Shown in pieces: positions 50,749-60,712 of a DNA stretch of 64,000 nt. This stretch comes from Macrostomum lignano (taxonomy: Eukaryota). Position numbers and translations under genes: made by a program. How positions within the stretch are numbered: position 1 is the stretch's first letter; each line of letters begins with the position of its first letter. A model generated the notes under the pieces. The model saw nothing but the letters and a program-made list of their open reading frames with translations. It did no database searches and had not been told where the DNA came from. The DNA lies in the NCBI GenBank assembly GCA_002269645.1, contig NIVC01002180.1, positions 1 to 64,000 on the forward strand, read 5' to 3'.

Positions 50749-52688
50749 TCAGTCATGGTACAGGTGATAATGGAAGTGATGATGGTGCCTGTGAATGCAG
50801 CGTTTCACTTCACCCTCGGTGGTTGCAGGGGCGGCGGAGGCGGCGGCGGCGGCAGCTGGAACGGCCGTATGATGAAGCGGTTCACTGTGCAGCCACTCGG
50901 CCACCAGCTGCATCGCCTCCAGATGCCGCCAGTGGCTTCCGCCGAGAGTTGAACGCGGCGGAGGCGGCGGCTGAGAACCGGATCGCCGAGCGAACGACGG
51001 ATCAGACTGCTGCTGCTGCTGCTGCTGCTTGGTGGCGTGCCGGCGCCTGCGGCTTCGACCAGACGGTACTGGCAGCGGCGGATTTGTCGGCGGCTCCGGC
51101 TGCTCAGTCGGCGGCGGCGGCGGCGGAGGCGGAGTTGGCGAGGACAACCGTCGGCCAGATTGGCTGCGATGGCGCCTGCGAAGGAAAGCGGCAGAGCGCC
51201 GGCCAGGCAGCGGGAAACAGACGGTGGCGCTGGCCGGGCCGGCGGCTGTGTCGGCGGCGGCGGCAGCCGACGAGCCGCCTTCATTGCCAGCCGGTTCAGC
51301 CGGCGGCACCGGGGAGAAAGTCAGCTTCAAGCAGAGCGACGAGGAGCCGCTGACGCCACCGCCGCCGCCGCTGCCACCGGAGCCGACTGAGCGCTGGATG
51401 ATGTCAGACAAGGAGCGCATCAGGGCGGTCAGGTCCTACGCGGCGGAGAGGGGGATTGAAGTTCAACAATATTCACAGGACTAGTTTGCTTATTGTAACA
51501 GACCGGCATTGCCTACTGACTTAGTAGCGAGAAAAGGACTTTAAAACGAATGCATACTACTAAGACATAATTAAGCTACACACTCTGTGCCGCTGCCTCA
51601 TACTCACCTCCTTAGTGAACTTGCCCCGTCCATCAAAATCGTATAGCGTGACGGACCATTCGGCTTCGGGTTCCTGCTGCTTCTGTTGCTTCTGCTGCTG
51701 CTGCTGCTCGATTGACGATTGCTGCTCCGAGTTTTCCTGTTGGAGAATCGAACTCGCGACGCCAGTTGCAGCCGCCGTCTCGTCATCTTCAACACGACGA
51801 TGATGCCGACGTCGATGCTGCAATCGACGCTTGCCGCTAAAGTAGGGCTAAGCAAGCATTGGGTGTTTAGATGTTTTGGAATTGTACTACTGATTTAGAA
51901 GAATAGTGTAAGTAGTATACAAGCAGGGAATTTTAAGGAATTTTCGGTTTTTGGGTGCTACAGAGGGCGATTCATGGGTGTTACAGAGAGCGATTTTTGG
52001 GTGTTATAGAGGGCGATTCTTAGGTGTTACAGAGGGCGATTTTTGGGTGTTATAGAGGGCGATTCTTAGGTGTTACAGAGGGCGATTCTTAGGTGTTACA
52101 GAGGGCGATTTTTGGGTGTTATAGAGGGCGATTCTTGGGTGTTACAGAGGGCGATTCTTGAGTGTTACAGAAGGCGATTCTTCTCTTCGAGAGAATCGTT
52201 ACAGAAGGCGATTTTTGGGTGTTATAGAGGGCGATTCTTGAGTGTTACAGAAGGCGATTCTTGGGTGTTACAGAGGAATTTTGGTGAAGAGGGCTAATTG
52301 CCAGAAGGGTTTAACTCCTATATTTAATGATACCTGACGACACTCAACAGCAGTGCATATAATAAGTAAGCATAATTTAGAAGGCATTGGTCGCAGGAGT
52401 TACCTCCAGTGTTAGTTTAATGCTTCTGGGCACGCTACTATAAAAATTCTCGTGCGACTCCCTGCAGCCCAGTAAATCGTCCTGCGCAATTGAGTGTTGC
52501 AAAATCTGCTGCTGCTGCTGCTGCTGCTTGCGCAGCTTTTTCTTGTTTTTCTTCTCTTTCTGTTCCTGTTGCTTATTGCTGTTCTCTTCTGCTGCAGAAG
52601 ATTCCGCCGCTGGCTGCTTACCGCCACTGCTGCTGTTCGGTTTCTTCGAGAAAAGCACTGCGTTGGATTGAAAAAATGGAATTGACAT
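50749..52688 (-). CDS. nkd: Naked cuticle homologue (Dishevelled-binding Wnt antagonist); N-terminus uncertain
   Basis: Exons 52692/52688-52404, 51817-51608 and 51435-50749 (phases 0,0). The EFX/EF-hand motif EWSVTLYDFDGRGKFTKE|DLTALMRSL and the His-rich C-terminus HRHHHHFHYHLYHD* are both Nkd hallmarks. A further 5' exon (56158-56035) is possible, but its phase does not join directly. Confidence 0.85.
51958..52275. repeat. Minisatellite, 23-24 bp unit, nkd intron
   Basis: GAGGGCGATT[C/T]TT[A/G]GGTGTTA[C/T]A tandem copies. Confidence 0.92.
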
Positions 52689-52824
52689 GGGTCTAGTACT
52701 TGTAAAATTTGCAAGTGCATGACACAGAGGATCCGCTCAGTGATGATTGGCCACGGCCCAGCTCGATTCTTATTTGACAAGACATTTGAGCTCATCTGCA
52801 CTTGTAAGGATTTCTCGGGATGCG

Positions 52825-54810
52825 GAGGAGTTGGGATCTTCGAGAATTTCTAAGAGTTGGGATCTTCGAGGATTTCTAAGAGTTGGGATCTTCGAGGATT
52901 TCTAAGAGTTGGGATCTTTGAGGATTTTCTAAGAGCTGGGATCTTTGAGGATTTTCTAAGAGTTGGGATCTTTGAGGATTTTCTAAGAGTTGATTTTTAA
53001 GAGTTGGGATCTTTGAGGATTTCTAAGAGCTGGGATCTTTGAGGATTTCTAAGAGTTGATTTTTAAGAGTTGGGATCTTCGAGGATTTCTAAGAGTTGGG
53101 ATCTTCGAGGATTTCTAAGAGTTGGGATCTTTGAGGATTTCTAAGAGCTGGGATCTTTGAGGATTTCTAAGAGTTGATTTTTAAGAGTTGGGATCTTCGA
53201 GGATTTCTAAGAGTTGGGATCTTCGAGGATTTCTAAGAGTTGGGATCTTCGAGGATTTTCTAAGAGTTGGGATCTTTGAGGATTTTCTAAGAGTTGATTT
53301 TTAAGAGTTGGGATCTTTGAGGATTTCTAAGAGCTGGGATCTTTGAGGATTTTCTAAGAGTTGGGATCTTTGAGGATTTCTAAGAGTTGAGATCTTTGAG
53401 GATTTCTAAGAGTTGGGATCTTTGAGGATTTCTAAGAGTTGATTTTTAAGAGTTGGGATCTTTGAGGATTTCTAAGAGCTGGGATCTTTGAGGATTTCTA
53501 AGAGTTGATTTCTAAGAGTTGGGATCTTTGACGATTTCTAAGAGTTGAGATCTTTGAGGATTTCTAAGAGTTGATTTTTAAAAGTTGAGATCTTTGAGGA
53601 TTTCTAAGAGTTGATTTTTAAGAGTTGAGATCTTTGAGGATTTCTAAGAGTTGATTTTTAAGAGTTGGGATCTTTGAGGATTTCTAAGAGTTGGGATCTT
53701 TGAGGATTTTCTAAGAGTTGATTTTTAAGAGTTGAGATCTTTGAGGATTTCTAAGAGTTGGGATCTTTGAGGATTTTCTAAGAGTTGATTTTTAAGAGTT
53801 GGGATCTTTGAGGATTTCTAAGAGTTGGGATCTTTGAGGATTTTCTAAGAGTTGATTTTTAAGAGTTGAGATCTTTGAGGATTTCTAAGAGTTGGGATCT
53901 TTGAGGATTTTCTAAGAGTTGATTTTTAAGAGTTGGGATCTTTGAGGATTTCTAAGAGCTGGGATCTTTGAGGATTTCTAAGAGTTGGGATCTTTGAGGA
54001 TTTCTAAGAGTTGAGATCTTTGAGGATTTCTAAGAGTTGGGATCTTTGAGGATTTCTAAGAGTTGGGATCTTTGAGGATTTCTAAGAGCTGGGATCTTTG
54101 AGGATTTTCTAAGAGTTGGGATCTTTGAGGATTTCTAAGAGTTGAGATCTTTGAGGATTTCTAAGAGTTGGGATCTTTGAGGATTTCTAAGAGTTGAGAT
54201 CTTTGAGGATTTCTAAGAGTTGATTTTTAAGAGTTGAGATCTTTGAGGATTTCTAAGAGTTGATTTTTAAGAGTTGAGATCTTTGAGGATTTCTAAGAGT
54301 TGATTTTTAAGAGTTGGGATCTTTGAGGATTTCTAAGAGTTGGGACCTTTGAGGATTTTCTAAGAGTTGATTTTTAAGAGTTGAGATCTTTGAGGATTTC
54401 TAAGAGTTGGGATCTTTGAGGATTTTCTAAGAGTTGATTTTTAAGAGTTGGGATCTTTGAGGATTTCTAAGAGCTGGGATCTTCGAGGATTTCTAAGAGT
54501 TGGGATCTTCGAGGATTTTCTAAGAGTTGGGATCTTTGAGGATTTTCTAAGAGTTGATTTTTAAGAGTTGGGATCTTTGAGGATTTCTAAGAGTTGAGAT
54601 CTTTGAGGATTTCTAAGAGTTGAGATCTTTGAGGATTTCTAAGAGTTGGGATCTTTGAGGATTTCTAAGAGTTGGGATCTTTGAGGATTTCTAAGAGCTG
54701 GGATCTTTGAGGATTTTCTAAGAGTTGGGATCTTTGAGGATTTCTAAGAGTTGAGATCTTTGGGGATTTCTAAGAGTTGAGATCTTTGGGGATTTCTAAG
54801 AGTTGGGATC
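52825..54810. repeat. Minisatellite, 26 bp unit (GGGATCTTTGAGGATTTCTAAGAGTT) with interspersed 14 bp partial units
   Basis: Long tandem array upstream of the nkd coding exons. Confidence 0.96.
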
Positions 54811-55222
54811 TTTGAGGATTTCTAGAGATGTGGAAGAGTTGGGATCTTTGAGGATTTCTAGAGATGTGGAAGAGTTGGGATCTTTGAGGATTTCTAGAGA
54901 TGTGGAAGAGTTGGGATCTTTGAGGATTTCTAGAGATGTGGAAGAGTTGGGATCTTTGAGGATTTCTAGAGATGTGGAAGAGTTGGGATCTTTGAGGATT
55001 TCTAGAGATGTGGAAGAGTTGGGATCTTTGAGGATTTCTAGAGATGTGGAAGAGTTGGGATCTTTGAGGATTTCTAGAGATGTGGAAGAGTTGGGATCTT
55101 TGAGGATTTCTAGAGATGTGGAAGAGTTGGGATCTTTGAGGATTTCTAGAGATGTGGAAGAGTTGGGATCTTTGAGGATTTCTAGAGATGTGGAAGAGTT
55201 GGGATCTTTGAGGATTTCTATT
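54800..55222. repeat. Minisatellite, 36 bp unit, perfect copies (26-mer plus a 10-nt insert)
   Basis: GGGATCTTTGAGGATTTCTAGAGATGTGGAAGAGTT repeated about 11 times identically. Confidence 0.96.
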
Positions 55223-57064
55223 GGGATGCAGAGGAATTAGAGAGACGTGTTTTCCAATGTCTAAACGTGATACGCAGGCCAGTTTAAGCAATTAAAAAAA
55301 GAATAAACAAGTACGCGAATATTCTGCGTGAGATCTGAAAGACAGGCGGCACAGACAGAGCAATAAAAGATACAATAGAAACTGCAGCAGAAAACTGTGC
55401 CAAAACACTGCTCAGCGCTGCACAATAAAGCAAGGAAATCCTCATTGTTGGATTATGATTTTGCAAAGATATCGGATTAAATAAAAAACGCATAGCCATA
55501 AAATCCCTATGGCGCTGGAGTCCATCGTCTCTCTCTCTCACAGCTAAAATGTAGAGCAAACAATGCTCCCCTCTCTGGCATAGGGAGATATCCCCATTTT
55601 TGGGAGAACAATTTTTTGAGGGGAAGAAGCGAGGAGGAATGCGGCTTATCAAAGCAAATGACTAGCTATACCAGATAGATTGAGAACAGAGGGTGCAGCC
55701 GTGCTCAGCATTAACAGAGATCAGACACTGAGCAAGGTTTTACCGAACACTAATACACTTGTACACACTTTGCTTTTCAGAGGGATTTGACCTTCATTGT
55801 CCTCACAGATAGAACTCACTGCAGATGATATACACTTAAATACGTATACTCTTGCATACTACTTTTGGGACCTGCAAGCTGTGAGTAGTATAAAACTGCC
55901 AAAATTTTTTAATTACGCCTGACATGGACACCCGCCAGTCAGCTAGCGGTTTAACACAGATTCGAGCCCGGGTCCTCTGGCCCCAAAAGAGCAATACCCC
56001 TCCCTAAGCAATGTATAAATAGGCAAAAACTCACTGGACATGAACGGCAGCCGCCCTTGTCCGACATCCAATGCCGCGGCCGGCTGACTCATGTCCGATT
56101 CTCCGATGTCCGAATAGGACGAAGATCGCCGCCGCCAGACGCTGGTTTTGGTTGGCATGGCAACGCCTCGCTCTCTCTCTCTTGCCTTAGTTCTCTTGCG
56201 CCAGAGTTAAGGAGAGGGGCCGGATACCCCGTATTAGCAATCAGCATGCAAATGTAAGATCTTGCCTGTTAATAATTGGTTAGAATTCTCCGAGTTCAAG
56301 CACGGCTTTAGTTTGAGTAATAATCCCTCTGCATCTCTGCTCATAAATATATGCAATTTAAAATATAACACGTATTATTTATAATTTCTAATCGTTAGAG
56401 AAGCTAGAACTGCTAGATCTAAAAAACATTGTGTACAAGAAAACGTTTCAAAATTAACCAGATAAATAGTTGCTACTTTTTTCAATTTGAATAACTCAAA
56501 GCAAACTTATTGGGTATTCCTTCATTTCTCGATAGTTAAACCGCACAGCACAACCTCGACAAGCTGGCGTGTACTTAAACTATAGGAATTGGAACAGAAA
56601 AGCAGAACAATATTCAGACATTTTCTTGAAGCCTTACTAATAGTAAAACAATATGAAAATAATGCTGAAGCTAATATTTCAGTTTTTACAATGCTACATG
56701 ATCAGCGCGCTGAAATTGCAAGTTTTGGTTTAATAAAAATCAATAAAACAGTAATAATAATAATAGAAACAATACAAATAAGGCTGCTCACTGATTATAT
56801 TGGGCAGCAGCGTCAACTTCTTCTGTACACAAGCAGCAAAGCAATCAACAGGAAGTAGAGGTGGCAAAGCAAAATTAAAGCAACTTCATGTAGCAAACTG
56901 TTTTCATTAGTTGCCAGGCTGGGACACAATTTTATAAAACAAAGGAAGATGAGCAAAAACTCAAAATAGGCCGCATCAGTTTTAGAAACATAGCCTTTTG
57001 CGCTCATCAATTCGGTCTACTGACAAATTGGCGAAGGACCTCGCCTTCGCTTAACAGATTCAGC

Positions 57065-57722
57065 ATCTGGGAGGCTGGCCCAGCAGCTGAGGATCTTGGA
57101 GACTGGCCTAGCAGCTGAGGATCTGGGAGGCTGGCCCAGCAACTGAGGATCTGGGAAGCTGGCCCAGCAGCTGGGGATCTGGGAGGCTGGCCCAGCAACT
57201 GAGGATCTGGGAAACTGGCCCAGCAGCTGAGGATCTGGAAAACTGGCCCAGCAACTGATGATCTGGGAAACTGGCCCAGCAGCTGAGGATCTGGGAAACT
57301 GGCCCAGCAGCTGAGGATCTGGGAAACTGGCCCAGCAGCTGAGGATCTGGGAAACTGGCCCAGCAGCTGAGGATCTGGGAGGCTGGCCCAGCAGCTGAGG
57401 ATCTGGGAGACTGGCCCAGCAACTGAGGATCTGGGAAACTGGCCCAGCAACTGAGGATCTGGGAAACTGGCCCAGCAACTGATGATCTGGGAGGCTGGCC
57501 CAGCAGCTGAGGATCTGGGAGACTGGACCAACAACTGAGGAATGAGGATTTGAGAGCTGACCCAGCAACTGAAGATCTGAGAGCTGACCCAGCAACTGAA
57601 GATCTGAGAGCTGACCCAGCAGCTGAGGATCTGGGAGACTGGTCGAACAGCTGAGGATCTGGGAGAATGGACAAACAACTGAGGAATGAGGACCTGAGAG
57701 TTGATCCAGCAACTGGGGATCT
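57065..57722. repeat. Minisatellite, 28 bp unit (CTGAGGATCTGGGAAACTGGCCCAGCAG)
   Basis: Tandem copies that degenerate toward 57720. Confidence 0.95.
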
Positions 57723-58241
57723 AGGTGATTGACCCCCAAAGTTCTTCAAGGCAATATAAAGACACAAATCTGTAATATTTGGCTGCACATTACTAAATAA
57801 ACATTGCAATGCAGAAATTCAATCACAGCGGAAAAAAAACTAGTAAATTAAATCAACTGACACAAAGTTCTGATAAATAAGCAATATCTGAGAGTAGGCA
57901 GCAGGACAGAAATGATGTATTGGGTATGCAATAAGACTGCAATTGTTTTCAAAGCTAATAAATGAACAAACAATTTAAAAAAGCTACGGTATAAGGGCAC
58001 AACAAGTACTCAATAAACCAAAGTGTGCTGGGGATTTCTAACAGAGCAAAAAAGTTCTACAAAGTTAAACAAAGACAGTTGATAATATATAATATTAAGC
58101 AATTCGCAAAAAGAAGCTAAAGGCAAACTTTAAACAATCTGCAACGAATGAACAGTAATTCTAATACTTAATAACTGGATTGACAACTGGGTTGGCTGGC
58201 TGTGCTAAGATTGGGCTGCTACAGCTGCTAGATTTCTATCG

Positions 58242-60712
58242 TCACGGCGGTGACAAAACGTTGGGCAGAAATCTTCGCAATACGTCCTCTCTGAAATCGG
58301 TGGAGAAAAAGTTTTCAGTGTTATCTTTATAGATTATTTATAATGCTAGTACCATTGATGACTTAATGACTTTAATGACTGGGACCTGACAGAGTGAGCG
58401 GACTGGGACCTGACAGAGTGAGTGGACTGGGACCTGACAGAGTGAGTGGACTGGGACCTGACAGAGTGAGCGGACTGGGACCTGACAGAGTGAGTGGACT
58501 GGGACCTGACAGAGTGAGCGGACTGGGACCTGACAGAGTGAGCGGACTGGGACCTGTTAGAGTGAGCGGACTGGGACCTGACAGAGTGAGCGGACTGGGA
58601 CCTGACAGAGTGAGCGGACTGGGACCTGACAGAGTGAGCGGACTGGGACCTGTTAGGCGATTTAATTAACAAAGCGAATGAGCAAACTCACTGAAGCAGC
58701 ACAGGCAGCTGTCCTAGAGGCAGTCGCCAGCGGACCACTGCCAGTGCGCAGAGAGTCTGCAGACTGGGCAGGGCCTCCAGAACGAACATATCGGAGAGGT
58801 CTTTTAATCCCATAATGGAATCGTCAGGTTCCTCTTCCAGCTGTTCAAGAGGCTCAACATCGTCTGGCGGTTGCGGCCCAGACTCCTGACGCTCGACATC
58901 ATCGGCCGGATCGGCCTCGCTATCGGAGTCGTCAACCGAGGCTCGCAGGGCCGGCAGCCTGGCCAGGAGCGGGGCGTACAGTCGCTGAAACTCGGCCGCC
59001 GGAAGCGCCGGCTGGAAGCTGTACCGAACGAAACGGCAGGTGCCGCCGAACAGGATCACCCGACTGTTGGACACTGGCACGGCTACTAGCCGCCTTCTGG
59101 GGCACGGGCCGCGATAGAATGCGGAGCAGGGCTCAGCCCGAGTCACCGAGCCGCTGCACGGATCCAAGCACCACAGATCGTTGAGATGCCCGTCCTCATG
59201 TCTGATTCGCAGGTCGTTAAAACCGAACCCAAAGTAGATTCGTTCGCCTAAGCGGAACATTGTACCAGACCGTCTGCCCTGAACATTGTCCAGTCTAGCT
59301 CGGAGACTCCACGATTGAGAGTCGGCGTCGAAATAATAAATGCTGGAATCGTAGCAGGACTCGCCTGAGAACACGTGACCGGCTGCGTCGCTGCGGCCGC
59401 CCCACAGAAAGAAGCCGCGCCGCCAGGCTATGCAGCAGCTGAAGTCGCGGGGCGACGGGGCCTCGGGAATTCCGCTCTGCGGGCATGACGGTATGAGGGC
59501 ATGAGGACATGAGGGTGACGTTATGAGAGAATGAGGGCATGAGGGTAAGAGGGCATGAGGGTATAATGGCATGAGGGCATGAGGGTATAATGGCATGAGG
59601 GCATGAGGGTATAATGGCATGAGGGCATGAGGACATGAGAATATGAGGGTATGAGGGCATGAGGATATGAGAATATGAGGGCATGAGGGCATGAGGGACG
59701 AGGGTATGACGGTATGAAGGCATGAGGATATGAAGGCACGAGGGTGAGGGTATGAGAATATGAGGGCATGAGGGTATGAGAATATGAGGGCATGAGGGTA
59801 TGAGAATATGAGGGCATGAGGGCATGAGAATGAGGGCATGAGGGTATGAGAATATGAGGGCATGAGGGTATGAGAATATGAGGGCATGAGGGTATGAGAA
59901 TATGAGGGCATGAGGGCATGAGGGCATGAGGGACGATGGTATGACGGTATGAGGGCATGAGGATATGAAGGCACGAGGGCATGAGGGAGGGTATGAGAAT
60001 ATGAGGGCATGAGGGTAAGAGGGAATGAGGGTATGAGAATATGAGCGCATGAGGGCATGAACGCCACCTTTAGATAACCAACAAAGGCAACACTCACTAG
60101 CACGGCTCGAATCCTAGTCCACTGCAGATTAATCAAATCGCAACAATAAACCTGGTTTTCGTATTCCTCCGCGGCAGTGAAGCCGCCAAATATGAACATC
60201 CGATTGTCAACCACGCAGGCGGAGTGGCCGTCCCGACTAGGTGGCACCTGGCCGGAGCCGCTGTGAATAGTCCAGGCCAGCGATATGGGGTCGAACTGGC
60301 ACACCTGGGGCGGCGCCACCAGCCTGTCGTTGCGGCCGCCAAACATGTATGCGCAGCCATCGAATTGTACAACAGTGTGACCGTAGCGCAGCAGCGGCTT
60401 GTCCGGCTGGTCAACCTCGGGTTGATCGGCAGCATAGCAACGCGTCGAATGAGTGACGTCTGTCCAGCGCAGGCTGCGCACATTCAGGCACTGTACATCA
60501 ATTCGACGCAATTGGCGAAGATAGTGCGCCCGATTGCCAGAGAAGCCGCCAAATGAATATACGAATGAGTTGATGAGGACGGCAGCGTGGTTCACTCGCT
60601 CCAGGCAGCCCTGCAGAGCGGCTGTCCAGTAGAGACTGTGGCCGGATTCTTTGGCGCCGGCCGTCGCCAATTTCCCTGATGGCGCTGCCAGTTCTTTCTG
60701 TTGGCCAAGAGT
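58242..60712 (-). CDS. KLHDC3: Kelch domain-containing protein 3 (KLHDC3/Peas-like), 3 visible exons, about 482 aa; start codon not visible
   Basis: Exons 60712-60098, 59476-58692 and 58290-58242 (phases 0,2; 1449 nt). Motifs YWTAALQGCLERVNHAAV, YSFGGF, RYGHTVV, YMFGGRND, PPSRDGHSACV, PSPRDF, GRRS, ILFGGT and LSDMFVLEALPSLQTLCALAV match KLHDC3. The last exon gives LLQEDVLRRFLPNVLSPP*. Confidence 0.88.
58378..58655. repeat. Minisatellite, 24 bp unit, KLHDC3 last intron
   Basis: GACTGGGACCTGACAGAGTGAG[C/T]G, about 11 copies. Confidence 0.95.
59480..60060. repeat. Degenerate 8-bp-based satellite (ATGAGGGC/ATGAGGGT/ATGAGAAT), KLHDC3 intron 1
   Basis: Fills almost the whole 621-nt intron. Confidence 0.93.

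Noticed and set aside
56035-56158. First coding exon of nkd (MPTKTSVWRRRSSSYSD...|gtgagt)
   Set aside because: It has a good donor and a plausible sequence, but it ends in phase 1 while the 52692 acceptor needs phase 2. It is not included in the CDS without transcript data.
57031-57050. GCGAAGG-loop-CCTTCGC hairpin as an intrinsic terminator
   Set aside because: Eukaryotic context, no U-tract, and a 7-bp stem is expected by chance.
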